Program-made: the position numbers and the translations under genes
The notes under the pieces: generated by a model
Told to the model about the DNA's origin: nothing
Database searches by the model: none
What the model saw: only the letters and a program-made list of their open reading frames with translations
Source: a virus
Reading direction: 5' to 3' (one strand)
Virus record (IMG/VR): IMGVR_UViG_3300031521_000042
Coordinates: 11,883 to 75,882 of that record
DNA length: 64,000 nt
In this document: piece after piece, positions 17,337 to 27,945 of the stretch
How positions within the stretch are numbered: the first letter of the stretch is position 1
Layout of the letters: every line of letters begins with the position of its first letter

Positions 17337-17987
17337 ATGAAAGATTATGAGGTGAAAATTATGAAAAAAGGACTAGACATATTTTTAGATGAAGATATAA
17401 AGGAATTATCAAAATATAATCTACCAAATCCCGAGCTTTTAGATTATTATGTGAGAGTAAAAAATAGAGAAATATATTGGAATGCTGATGTTGATGAAGG
17501 AATGATAGATTACTCATTGCAAATTATAGCATGGAATAAAGAAGATAAAGATATTTCTATTGATTTAAGAACTCCTATAAAAATATACATAAATACTGAT
17601 GGTGGAGATGTTGTAAGTGTTCTTAATTTTATTGATGTAATATTATTAAGTAAGACTCCAGTTGTTACAATTGCTATGGGGAAAGTATATTCAGCAGGTA
17701 GTTTATTAGTTATGGCAGGACATAAGAGATATGCTTTTAACAATACTAGTTGCCTTATTCATAGTGGAAGCTTTGGAACAATGGGAACAACTGATAAGGT
17801 ATTAGACTATACTGAATTTACTAAGAAACAAGAAAAGAGAGTTAAAGAATATATATTAAGCAAAACTACCATGTCTAGTAAAATATATGATAAAAAATAT
17901 AGAGAAGATTGGTTTATGTTTAGTGATGAAATGTTAAGTCTTAATATAGTAGATAAAATTGTAACTGACTTAGATGAAATATTATAA
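17337..17987 (+). CDS. clpP: ClpP-family protease
   Basis: PIKIYINTDGGDV, catalytic Ser in YSAGS, His in LIHSG. The start may be ATG 17361. Confidence 0.85.
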   Translation: MKDYEVKIMKKGLDIFLDEDIKELSKYNLPNPELLDYYVRVKNREIYWNADVDEGMIDYSLQIIAWNKEDKDISIDLRTPIKIYINTDGGDVVSVLNFIDVILLSKTPVVTIAMGKVYSAGSLLVMAGHKRYAFNNTSCLIHSGSFGTMGTTDKVLDYTEFTKKQEKRVKEYILSKTTMSSKIYDKKYREDWFMFSDEMLSLNIVDKIVTDLDEIL

Positions 17988-18004
17988 AGTGAGGTAAATA
18001 ATAA

Positions 18005-18688
18005 ATGAATTATAAAGAAAAAATAGATAAAATAATTGGGATTATCTTAAATTCCGTAGAAAATGAACTATCATCGAATCTAATTCTAGATAGCGAAATT
18101 GCATATGATATTGCCAAAGAATTATTATATAAGTTTGATGCCAACTTTGAATATCAGGATAGCAATATTTTTGATGAATTATTAGAAGAAAATGACATAT
18201 TATCACTGTTTACTACATGTAGTGAAGATGGGAAGGTTAGACATTTCTTAGGAACAATTTTTGATAATGATGGAATGACTTATCCAGACGAAGATTCTGA
18301 TATTATTTATATTCAAGATAGTTTATATGACTGTATTGATACAGATGTTTTTGAAGGGCAAGTTTCTATATTAGTTGATGATGTAGAAGAATTTAAAAAC
18401 ATTGTTAAAGCGTTGAAAGAAGACGAAAATGAAGAATGTGATAGTGACTGTTCTAATTGTCCTTATAATGATGATGAAGATTACGAAAAAGAAATTGAGG
18501 AAGATCCAATAGAAGTCTTACTTGGAGAACTATTAGATACTTTATCAGAAATAAAGCCAAGTGATATTAAAGGATTTAATATTGCACTTAGAGATAAATT
18601 AATTGAGTCTTTTGAGATGGGCTTAGATGAAGGTTATGAAAATGCAGTTGAAGAAATTAAAGAAACTTTAGATGGTATGAGATATTAA
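18005..18688 (+). CDS. Acidic hypothetical protein (YonH-like position)
   Basis: 227 aa, very Asp/Glu-rich, CDSDCSNCP motif. Confidence 0.65.
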   Translation: MNYKEKIDKIIGIILNSVENELSSNLILDSEIAYDIAKELLYKFDANFEYQDSNIFDELLEENDILSLFTTCSEDGKVRHFLGTIFDNDGMTYPDEDSDIIYIQDSLYDCIDTDVFEGQVSILVDDVEEFKNIVKALKEDENEECDSDCSNCPYNDDEDYEKEIEEDPIEVLLGELLDTLSEIKPSDIKGFNIALRDKLIESFEMGLDEGYENAVEEIKETLDGMRY

Positions 18689-18749
18689 CAAATTAATGTA
18701 AAAGATATGTTTTATAAGGTTTTTAATTAAAAAATGAGGAGATAAGATT

Positions 18750-19106
18750 ATGAATGAAATTGAAAGTGGATTAAAATTTATAAAAGTATGTGGTTATGCG
18801 TCAGACTTAATTCCTAAAAGTATTGAGTTAAAAGATAGAAAAGATATTGCAATATGCGATATAGAAATTACTGAGGGAAAACATTATGGATGTATTAAGG
18901 GATTAGATAAGGAAATTACAATTACCGTAACAACATCAACTGATAATATTATAAAAGGTGGAAATTGGAATCCGAATAGTGGTGTTGATAAGATTTATAA
19001 AGATATTTATGTTATTGATATATCTTGGTCGGATGATGAAATTATAAAACATTTATTATTAGCAAGAGAAAAGGGTTGCGAAATAGTTATACAAGGTGAT
19101 AGATAA
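18750..19106 (+). CDS. Hypothetical protein
   Basis: ORF with SD gagga. Confidence 0.6.
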   Translation: MNEIESGLKFIKVCGYASDLIPKSIELKDRKDIAICDIEITEGKHYGCIKGLDKEITITVTTSTDNIIKGGNWNPNSGVDKIYKDIYVIDISWSDDEIIKHLLLAREKGCEIVIQGDR

Positions 19107-19144
19107 TAAATAAATTAAATAAAATACAAGGAGGAAATTATAAA

Positions 19145-19525
19145 ATGAAATTAGCAAATGGAATACAATTTAATGATGGTACAAATTTAGAAGATTTTAA
19201 AGCACAAGTAGACTCACTTTCGGGTGTACCAATTGAAGGTTCAAGTAATACAGATACATCTTATGTAGATAATAAAATATGTGAGGTTAAGTCTGAAATT
19301 GAAACTGAAGTAAAATCAGTAGATGCTAAAATAGAAGAACTTAAAACTACTATAGCTGGAATATCTATACCTGATATTAGTGGACTTGTGAAGGAAGAAG
19401 ATGTAGATAGTAAAATTGCTACAGTTGTTGCTAGTTTGAATCAATTGATTGCTGATTTACAAAGTGGTAAATACAATGTTGGAGTTGCTAGTACAGTTAC
19501 AGATGTGAGTGCTACACCACAATAA
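19145..19525 (+). CDS. Hypothetical coiled-coil protein
   Basis: ORF with strong SD aggagg. Confidence 0.65.
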   Translation: MKLANGIQFNDGTNLEDFKAQVDSLSGVPIEGSSNTDTSYVDNKICEVKSEIETEVKSVDAKIEELKTTIAGISIPDISGLVKEEDVDSKIATVVASLNQLIADLQSGKYNVGVASTVTDVSATPQ

Positions 19526-19812
19526 TTGAACAATTGGATTATACTCTACGAGGTTGTCATGCTAAAGCATGATTTGTTGTGTCGTAATCATAGATTACTT
19601 ACAACATAAAATTAATTTAATATGGTTTTTAAGGTGGCTAGATGATTAATTGTCTAGTCTCTTTTTATTATTTTGATTTAATGGAATTTATCTATATGGT
19701 AGGTTGCTAAAACAAAATAAAATAATAAAGTATTGTAAAAGATTAATTTGTATGGTAATATTTATGTATAACCATACTTTAATAAAATAATATAGAATAT
19801 AGTAAGGAGTAG

Positions 19813-20016
19813 ATGATAATGGAAACAAAAAGAAAAAGTAAAATTTACAGGTGTAAATCACCAAATCAGAAGGCATATATAATGTCACAAGGAATAGAAT
19901 ATCTAGATGTAATTGAGGATAAAAACAATATTACAATATGGTTATTCTTAAAGTGTGATGAATTAGACAAGGTATTAACACAATGGTCTAATAATAATCC
20001 TAACAAACGTAATTAG
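19813..20016 (+). CDS. Small DUF5659-like protein
   Basis: Pattern IYRCKSPNQKAYIMSQGIEY..WLFLKCDELDKVLTQW. Confidence 0.65.
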   Translation: MIMETKRKSKIYRCKSPNQKAYIMSQGIEYLDVIEDKNNITIWLFLKCDELDKVLTQWSNNNPNKRN

Positions 20017-20040
20017 TTGAGTTAGGAGGTAGAATATAGT

Positions 20041-20643
20041 ATGGTTAAAAAGTTAGATCAAGCGAATATATTAAAACAGAAAGAAATTTTAAGTAAATTA
20101 ATAGATATAAATACAGAAGTGCTTTCTGAATATGAAGCACAAAACATATTAATGGAGGCTATGAGAAAAGTAAAAGAAGAAAATAACTTTGAAAACTTCG
20201 CAATGGTTTCATTTGTTAAAGATGATACTCTAGTAAAATGGAAAAGTAATGCTAAAAGTGAAAGTGATTATTTTGTAAAGATATTCTTCAATGAAATAAA
20301 GTATGCTAAAGACACTTATGGATTAACAAATCTTGAGGTGTTTTTTTTATATGAAATTTCAGAATATCTATCATGGGAAGAAAATTTATTAATTGATAAT
20401 GAAGGATTACCACTTAATCAGAAAAGACTATGTGACATTACTGGAATGGATAGAAAGAAAGCTTATAAATGTACTAAATCATTAGAAGAAAAGAAATGCT
20501 TATTGAGAATTTTTGACGGAAAAGATGTTTATTATTTAATCAATCCAAACTTAGTATTTAAAGGTCAAAAGATTAATAAAGGAATACCTAAAATATTTGA
20601 AATGATAGGATACGTAGATAGTAAGAAAGCAAAGAAACAATAA
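20041..20643 (+). CDS. RepL-like winged-HTH protein
   Basis: LNQKRLCDITGMDRKKAYKCTKSLEEKKCL..YYLINPNLVFKG resembles Firmicute plasmid RepL/HTH proteins. Confidence 0.6.
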   Translation: MVKKLDQANILKQKEILSKLIDINTEVLSEYEAQNILMEAMRKVKEENNFENFAMVSFVKDDTLVKWKSNAKSESDYFVKIFFNEIKYAKDTYGLTNLEVFFLYEISEYLSWEENLLIDNEGLPLNQKRLCDITGMDRKKAYKCTKSLEEKKCLLRIFDGKDVYYLINPNLVFKGQKINKGIPKIFEMIGYVDSKKAKKQ

Positions 20644-20688
20644 GAAGTAAAATAAAATATGTGAGTTATATAGCTATATTAGATGACT

Positions 20689-20780
20689 TTACGTGGGGTA
20701 ATATTCCTACATGTAAGGTTTAAAAAGTATAGTGTTTTTGTCGTGTATTTTTATGCGTAGGGTAATTTTACCACACGTAA
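20689..20780. repeat. Pair of related imperfect palindromes
   Basis: ttacgtggggtaatattcctacatgtaa (20689-20716) and ttatgcgtagggtaattttaccacacgtaa (20751-20780). Confidence 0.6.
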
Positions 20781-20822
20781 ATAAAAGTTGAAAATAGTAT
20801 TTGTAGAAAGAAGGAATTAATA

Positions 20823-22577
20823 ATGGGTAAAAAATTAACAATAAAAGAAATAAAATATTATATAGAAATTGAAAGTAATAGTGGATGTAAATTACTATCT
20901 ACAGAATATAAAGGGAGTAAAGAAAAACTAGATATTCAATGTAAATGTGGGGAGATATTCCAAATATCATTAGAAAAATTTAAATATCAAAACAAAAGAC
21001 AATGTAATAAATGCTCGGGTATAATTAAATGGAATATTAATTCAGTAAGAGAATACATAGAAGGTAATTCTGATTGCAAATTGTTATCTAATGAATATAT
21101 AAATTATGATACTAAATTAAAGCTATTATGTTCATGTGGTGAAGAATTTTACATATCTTTTGATAAATTTAAACAAGGAAAACACGCATGTAATAATTGT
21201 TCTAATAAATTATCACATGATAAACAAAGATTTACATATAAAGAGATTAAAGAATATATAGAGAATAATTCAGAATGTAAGGTATTGTCAAAAGAATATA
21301 AAGGTGCACATGATGACTTAAAATTACAATGCAATTGTGGAGATACATTTTATAGAAGTCTTAACAATTTTAAAAGTTCTAAACATAATTTATGTCCAAA
21401 ATGTACACAAGAAATAATAACAAATTATCATAGATTAGATTATAAAGAAGTTAAAAATTACATAGAAAGTTTTGGTTGTAAATTAATATCAGAAACATAT
21501 GTAAATAATCAAATGCCATTAGAAATACAATGTGAATGTGGAGAGTTGTTCAAAAGAAGTTTAGACGTATTTAAACGAAATGATTCTTGTCATTGTGAAA
21601 AGTGTTCTAATATTATTTCTTCAAATAAAAGAAGATATGGTTATGAATATATCTATAATTTCATAAAAGAAACAGGATGTGAATTATTAACAGAATATAA
21701 AGAAAACATTACATTAGACGAAAAATTAAAAATAAAATGTCATTGTGGAAATATATTTTATACAAGATTTGCAGATTTTAAAAGAAAGAAAATTAAACAA
21801 TGCAATGTCTGTTCAGGAATACTTGAAATAGATATAAATTATGTAAAAAATTTTGTTGAAAATAATTCAAATTGTGAACTATTAAGTGATATTTATAATA
21901 ATATGAATGACAAACTAGATTTCAAATGTGAATGTGGTGAAATATTTGCTACTACATTTTCAGCTTTTAAACTTGCAAATCAGCGACAATGTAAAAAATG
22001 TGGATATTTAATTACTGCAAGTAAAATGAAATTAAGTTATGAAGAAGTAAAAAGAAGAATAGAAATTAAAGGCAATGAATTATTAAGTACGGAATATAAA
22101 AACAACAATACAAAATTAAAGCTAAAATGTAAGTGTGGTGAAATATTTTATAGAAAATTAGATAATTATATGAATGGTTCAGACTGTTGTGATTATTGTA
22201 ATAAAAGTAAAGGAGAAAAAGAATGCTATAAGGTATTAGAAAAATATAATATAACATTTAAACAACAAGAAACGTTTGAAGGATGTAAAGGAAATAGAAA
22301 ATTATTACCTTTTGATTTTTCTGTATATATTAATAATAAATTAAAATTTTTAATAGAATATCAAGGTGAACAACACTATAGATATGTTCCTCAATTTCAT
22401 AGAAATGAAAAAGGTTTTGAAAAACAATTAGATTATGATAATAGAAAAAGAATATATTGTAAAAACAATAATATTGAATTATTAGAAATTCCTTATTGGG
22501 ATTTTAATAATATTGAAGATATATTGTTAGAAAAATTAAATATTATAGAAGAGTTAAAAGAAGTTATTAGTATTTAG
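20823..22577 (+). CDS. Free-standing endonuclease: seven tandem Zn-binding repeats plus a Vsr/DUF559-like PD-(D/E)XK domain
   Basis: Seven copies of about LLS.EY...KL...CxCG..F...F.....CxxC; C-terminal SKGE..LPFDF..IEYQGEQH..D..K..YC..LLEIPYW. Confidence 0.75.
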   Translation: MGKKLTIKEIKYYIEIESNSGCKLLSTEYKGSKEKLDIQCKCGEIFQISLEKFKYQNKRQCNKCSGIIKWNINSVREYIEGNSDCKLLSNEYINYDTKLKLLCSCGEEFYISFDKFKQGKHACNNCSNKLSHDKQRFTYKEIKEYIENNSECKVLSKEYKGAHDDLKLQCNCGDTFYRSLNNFKSSKHNLCPKCTQEIITNYHRLDYKEVKNYIESFGCKLISETYVNNQMPLEIQCECGELFKRSLDVFKRNDSCHCEKCSNIISSNKRRYGYEYIYNFIKETGCELLTEYKENITLDEKLKIKCHCGNIFYTRFADFKRKKIKQCNVCSGILEIDINYVKNFVENNSNCELLSDIYNNMNDKLDFKCECGEIFATTFSAFKLANQRQCKKCGYLITASKMKLSYEEVKRRIEIKGNELLSTEYKNNNTKLKLKCKCGEIFYRKLDNYMNGSDCCDYCNKSKGEKECYKVLEKYNITFKQQETFEGCKGNRKLLPFDFSVYINNKLKFLIEYQGEQHYRYVPQFHRNEKGFEKQLDYDNRKRIYCKNNNIELLEIPYWDFNNIEDILLEKLNIIEELKEVISI

Positions 22578-22623
22578 TGACTTTTATTATTGTGTAAAAA
22601 AATTAGGTAGGTGAGAAAATATA

Positions 22624-24000
22624 ATGGCGGATTTTAAGACAAAAGACTTGGATGAACAGATGAAAGGAAAAACAAGATGTACTAAATGTGGAACAATACT
22701 TAGTAATACAAATAATTTCTATACGTCCAGTTCAAAATTACATACTCATACTGGAAGAGTATCCTTATGCAAAGATTGCTTGACTAATCTTTATGTATCA
22801 CTTTTAGAAGAGACTAATGATATAAAAACATCAATATATAAAATATGTGAGTTAATGGATTTTGTATACCTTGAGGGAATATATAATAGCTCATTAACTG
22901 AAGCAGGATGGAATAAAGATTTTACTATAGTTCAAAATGGATTAGAAGTATGGAAGAAGTATATAAAGACTATAAACTCACTTAAAAATTATAAAGGATA
23001 CGCATTTGAACATGGAGATAAAATTGATTTAGGGACAAGTATTATTGAGAATAATATTGCTGAAGAAAAAGAAAAAAGTTTAACTATTTCTCGACCTAAA
23101 GAATTATCAGATGAAGATTTAGAACAAAAAGTTAGAGATAAACAAAATAAAGAAGATATAATCAGAATAATTGGATATGACCCTTTTCAACATGAAACAG
23201 AAGAAGATAAATCAAAAATGTATGCTAAGTTAATCAACATGTTAGATGAAGACAGTCAAAATGACGAGCTTAAAAATAGTGCCATAATAAGTATTATAAA
23301 AGGTCAAAACCAAGAAAATAAAATAAATGATGTTATAACAAGTTTAAGTTCTGATATAAAAAGTATAAAAGATAATATTGGAACTATTAAAAGTTTGACA
23401 GATACTAAGGAAAAGTTAAATAAGAGTTTATTAGCTTTGGCAAAAGATAATAAGATTAGTGATTTATATAGTGGTCATAAAACGGTAGGAGCAAATACTT
23501 TAACAGGTATGGTTAAAAAGTTAAAAGAAATAGACTTAAAAGAAGCACAGGTTAATTTATTTGATATTCAAACTTCTAATGGTATGTTACAAACTGCAAG
23601 ACTATCTGCAAAAGCGATTGTAGAAAATCTTAATTTTGGTGATGATGATTTAATAGATATGGTAAAATTTCAAAACGAAAAGATAGGTTTTTATGAACAG
23701 GAATATAGTAAATTAAGAGAAGAAAATAGAAAATTAAAAGCAATTTGTTCTTTCAATGATGTAGATTACAAACAAGATATATTAGTAGAAACAGAATATT
23801 ACGATGCTTTAGACTATGGAGACATAAAAGATAAACAGGAGTCTATTCAAAAACAAAACTATAAAGACGATTTAGAAAGTTTTAATAATATGGTTGAGAA
23901 AATAATACCTGTCGACACTATAGAATATATTGATAATGTCATTGAAAACAAAAAAGAAATTGAAAAACAAAAAATACTAGATAGTGTTATAAGTGAATAA
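22624..24000 (+). CDS. Putative terminase small subunit (YonG-like)
   Basis: N-terminal CxxC..CKDC zinc finger, helical body, position upstream of the large terminase as in SPbeta-like phages. Confidence 0.55.
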   Translation: MADFKTKDLDEQMKGKTRCTKCGTILSNTNNFYTSSSKLHTHTGRVSLCKDCLTNLYVSLLEETNDIKTSIYKICELMDFVYLEGIYNSSLTEAGWNKDFTIVQNGLEVWKKYIKTINSLKNYKGYAFEHGDKIDLGTSIIENNIAEEKEKSLTISRPKELSDEDLEQKVRDKQNKEDIIRIIGYDPFQHETEEDKSKMYAKLINMLDEDSQNDELKNSAIISIIKGQNQENKINDVITSLSSDIKSIKDNIGTIKSLTDTKEKLNKSLLALAKDNKISDLYSGHKTVGANTLTGMVKKLKEIDLKEAQVNLFDIQTSNGMLQTARLSAKAIVENLNFGDDDLIDMVKFQNEKIGFYEQEYSKLREENRKLKAICSFNDVDYKQDILVETEYYDALDYGDIKDKQESIQKQNYKDDLESFNNMVEKIIPVDTIEYIDNVIENKKEIEKQKILDSVISE

Positions 24001-24481
24001 AGGAGAATATGTGATGGAAGATGATAGATATATTATATTTGAAGTATTAATTGAATATGAAATTGATGGAATAAAGAAATATAATGCTACAAGTTTAAGT
24101 GATTGTATGAATGGGAAATCAGTTGAAGAATGTACTGAAATTGCAGAAAAATTTTGCAGAGATATGGAAACTAAATATAATAATAAAAAATGGATTTTGT
24201 GTGGTCATAATATGATTGATATGTCTAAAAAATTAAGACATGAAAGTTTTAAATTGAAACAAGAAAAATGTTTAGTAGTGTATCAAAATACAGAAAGTTT
24301 GAATAATGATATTATAAAATCTTTGTATGACAAATATGAAGTGAGTGTGATTCATAAAGATAAATTTAAATTAATAACTCATTGTTGTTATGTAAGAGAA
24401 TTATATATAGAAAATGGGATTGACATTGATAAAAATTATCTATTATCATTTTTATCAAATAATAAAATAAAATACTTTTAA
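23993..24481 (+). CDS. Hypothetical protein
   Basis: ORF; the start is probably ATG 24014, after SD aaggag. Confidence 0.55.
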   Translation: MNKGEYVMEDDRYIIFEVLIEYEIDGIKKYNATSLSDCMNGKSVEECTEIAEKFCRDMETKYNNKKWILCGHNMIDMSKKLRHESFKLKQEKCLVVYQNTESLNNDIIKSLYDKYEVSVIHKDKFKLITHCCYVRELYIENGIDIDKNYLLSFLSNNKIKYF

Positions 24482-24513
24482 AATAAAATATATTATGTTA
24501 TTATTATATTGAG

Positions 24514-24696
24514 GTGAAAATTATGAAGCAATATACAATTATTAGAAATAAATACTTAGCTGAAGGATTGGCATTTTGTAATTTTAAATATCAAAAATAT
24601 CAGGATGATGGAGTTACAGTTTATAGTTTTGAGGAAACAGACAAATTAAAAGAAGCAATTAGTGTAATTACAAATATAAAAAAGAATAACCAATAA
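24514..24696 (+). CDS. Small DUF5659-like protein
   Basis: Pattern IIRNKYLAEGLAFCNFKY..VYSFEETDKLKEAI. Confidence 0.65.
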   Translation: MKIMKQYTIIRNKYLAEGLAFCNFKYQKYQDDGVTVYSFEETDKLKEAISVITNIKKNNQ

Positions 24697-24725
24697 AAAG
24701 GTTGCAATTATGAGGAGGAACAATT

Positions 24726-25931
24726 ATGAGTAAAAAATGGACTAGCGAGGAAATTAATATTGTAAAAGAAAATTATGAGATAATGTCTAATGAAGACATT
24801 ATAAATAAGTTTAATATCCAAAGAACAAGTAATCAGATAATGGATTATGCAAGTACAAAATTAGGTTTACACAAACCAAAAGGATTAAAAACAAAGAATA
24901 GAGGATGGTCAAAAGAAGATGATTTATATTTAACAAAAGTATATGCGTATGAAAATAAATATATCATTATGAGTAAGTTAAATAAAGAGTGGGCAACTGT
25001 AAGGGCTAGAGCTATAAAATTAAAACTATCAAGAAGTAATGAATGGAAAGATGAAGAAATTTATTTATTGCATAAGTTTTATCCATATATGAAAACAGAA
25101 GATTTTAAAGAAAAGTACTCCATAAATAGAGAAGTAGCTAGCATAAATATGAAAGCCAATAGTTTGAATATTTATAAAGATGAAGTATATTTAGAAAAAA
25201 TGAGAAAATTGGTAGGTATAAACAACCTATCTTGTATAGGAGATACTTCTGGAGAAAATAATGCTAGATGGAAAGATAGAATGATAGTCAAATGTGATAC
25301 CTGTGGTAAAGATATTGAAAAGCAACAACACTTATTAACAAAATATAAAAGATTCTTTTGTTGTCAAGAATGTTTGTCAATAGGCAGAAAGAAATTTAAT
25401 AAAGGAGAAAATAACCCTAATTTTGCTAATGGAAAAGCTTGGAGTAAAGAAATGAGATTAAAAATGGCTAAAATATCTACAAGAAGAATAGTCAACAAGG
25501 AGTATAGTTTTACCGAAACAAAACCACAATTGATTATAAATAATATTTTAAATGAAATGAGTATAAAATACACCAATGAATATGACTGCAAATATTATGC
25601 TATGGATAATTATTTAACAGAATCTAATTTAATGATAGAAGTTCAAGGTAATTTCTTTCATTGTAATCCAACGATGAATTATAAAAATAGTAGAGAAGTT
25701 AAAATAAAGGCAAAAGATAAAAGTAAGCATACCTATGTCAAAAAGTATTATGAAGTAGAAATATTATATTTGTGGGAATACGATATAATAAACAATATTG
25801 ATTTATGTAAAATGTTAATACAAGAATATATAAACAATAAAGGAAAATTAAATAATTATCATAGTTTTAATTATTGTTTTGAAAATAATAAATTAATAGA
25901 GTTAGAAAATAAATATGTAATAGGATATTAA
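24726..25931 (+). CDS. Endonuclease with Myb/SANT-like repeats, Zn finger and Vsr-like domain
   Basis: Repeats WTSEE/WSKED/WKDEE; CDTCG..CCQEC; ETKPQ..MDNY..IEVQGNFFH..DKSK..LYLWEYDI. Confidence 0.7.
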   Translation: MSKKWTSEEINIVKENYEIMSNEDIINKFNIQRTSNQIMDYASTKLGLHKPKGLKTKNRGWSKEDDLYLTKVYAYENKYIIMSKLNKEWATVRARAIKLKLSRSNEWKDEEIYLLHKFYPYMKTEDFKEKYSINREVASINMKANSLNIYKDEVYLEKMRKLVGINNLSCIGDTSGENNARWKDRMIVKCDTCGKDIEKQQHLLTKYKRFFCCQECLSIGRKKFNKGENNPNFANGKAWSKEMRLKMAKISTRRIVNKEYSFTETKPQLIINNILNEMSIKYTNEYDCKYYAMDNYLTESNLMIEVQGNFFHCNPTMNYKNSREVKIKAKDKSKHTYVKKYYEVEILYLWEYDIINNIDLCKMLIQEYINNKGKLNNYHSFNYCFENNKLIELENKYVIGY

Positions 25932-26021
25932 ATAAGCTTTAATGATTGTGAGTATGGTAACATACTCTTTTTTGTTGTGTAAAAACAAACTTCATTGATA
26001 TAAAAAGGGAGGTGGTCTTTT

Positions 26022-27897
26022 ATGTCCATCACAGTGATAAACAAAGGTAATTTAACTCAAAAAAAGTTAGAAGGGTATTTAAAATATAATGAAATACTAA
26101 ACTGGGGAAGAAGAAATCCAGTAAAATTTGCAGAACTGATTCTTGGACTTGAATGAGTTAATGGATTATCAAAAATATACATTTCAAGAATCATGGAGTA
26201 AACAATTTGCATTATGGTTGATGTCCCGTAATGGTGGAAAAAGTACGCTCAGTTCTCCATTTATAATGACAAAAATGATGTTATTTCCTAATTTTCAAAG
26301 TTTTATATTATCATTAACTGCGAGTCAAAGCCAAGATACGTTTTTGAAAATGGAGTCTATAGCTAAAAAGCAAATAGAATCTTTTTGTGGGTTAACCGAT
26401 ATATTCTTAGGAGAAGTATCATCTAGTGCAAACCATGACGGATTCGTACACTCGCCCCAAGGATTTCGTTGTAAACTATTTAACAATAGTCAAGTCACTA
26501 CTGTTTCTGGAGAAGAAGATAATATTAGGGGGAAAAGATCGAATTTAAATTTATATGATGAGAGTGGATTTATTAGTGAAAATTATATTTCTGTAACTAA
26601 ATCGTTTTGCACACAGGATTCGTCATTTAAGTTGGGTGGAGGTGTAAATACTGAAACTATTCCAATGAATATTCCTAATCAATTGTTATTTTGTTCATCT
26701 GCTAGTAGTACCGATTCAGCTTTTTATACATTATATAAAGAATGGGCAAAGCTAATGTTTGCAGGAAGTAAAGACCATTTCGTAGCTGATTTAAATTGTG
26801 AAGTTATAATAGGAGCTACATTAAAAGGTAAAAAACTAAATATACCATTATTATCACAATCTAAAGTAGATGATGAAATAAGGTCAAACTCTGAGAAAGC
26901 AAATCGAGAATATTTTAATAAATTCGATGCCGATGGAGGAAATCAACAAAAGATAAAACGAGCAGTAATCATAAAAAATTCAAAAATAAGAAGACCTTTA
27001 TTACTTAATGAAGGAGATATAAATAGACACATTATTTTGGCTTATGATCCTGCACACGATTATGACAATGCAGTTGTATCAGTAGGAGAATATATTTATG
27101 ACGAACAAGTAGGGTGGAAGTTAATAATTCAAAACTGTGTAACTCTTGTAGATATAGGTAAAAAGAAAAAAACTCCAATGAGAACACCAGAACAAATAGA
27201 AGAAATAAAGCAAATGTTAATAAATTATAATGGCAAAGGTTTTGCAGATTACGAAAATATAGATGCGTTATTAGTTGATGCAGGAGCAGGTGGCGGTGGT
27301 GCTTTAATTGCAGATTATTTTATGGAAGATTGGAAAGATAAACAAGGACGTCAACATAGAGGATTAATTGATAACGAAGCTTGTGCTGAACATGTAGACA
27401 AATATCCAAATGCTGTAGATAAGTTAAAATTAATATCTCCTAAAAAATATAGAACTGAAATGTATGATGATTTTATAGAATTATTAAATTTAGGATTAAT
27501 TGAATTTACAGATACATATGATATGAAAGGCTATTTAAATTTATCACAAGAAGGAAAAGAAATAGAAGAAATTGATGAGGAGACAAATGAAAAGAAAAAA
27601 GTTAAATCAATAGATTATAAGAAATACAATCTTTCGTGGGATGAAGAATTAGCTTTAAAACAAATAGACATAGCAAAAGAAGAATTAATTGCAACTAGAA
27701 GATTAGGTGATAACACAAATTACAAATATGATTTATCTCCTGATAAAAAAAATAAGATGCATGATGACAGAGCTTACACCATGGTAATGCTTGCTTGGCA
27801 CTTGAAAAAACTAAGAAGAGAAAATATTACAAATAAACAAGTAGAAGATGGTGATTGGAATGATGCACCGTCATTCGTAACATCATATACTGTCTAA
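26022..27897 (+). CDS. terL: Terminase large subunit (YonF-like), frameshifted near its 5' end
   Basis: SD gggagg with ATG 26022 gives MSITVINKGNLTQKKLEGYLKYNEILNWGRRNPVKFAELILGLE, ending at TGA 26154-26156. The +1 frame continues LMDYQKY with Walker A SRNGGKS, Walker B NLYDESG and nuclease motifs AYDPA and HDDRAY. Confidence 0.85.
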
Positions 27898-27945
27898 TAA
27901 ATTAACCAAACCCAAAACTAACAAACAAAATAAAAACTAAAGGAG

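Noticed and set aside
26140-26170. Intron or intein explaining the terL break
   Set aside because: Only 1-4 extra bases separate the two frames, leaving no room for an intervening element.
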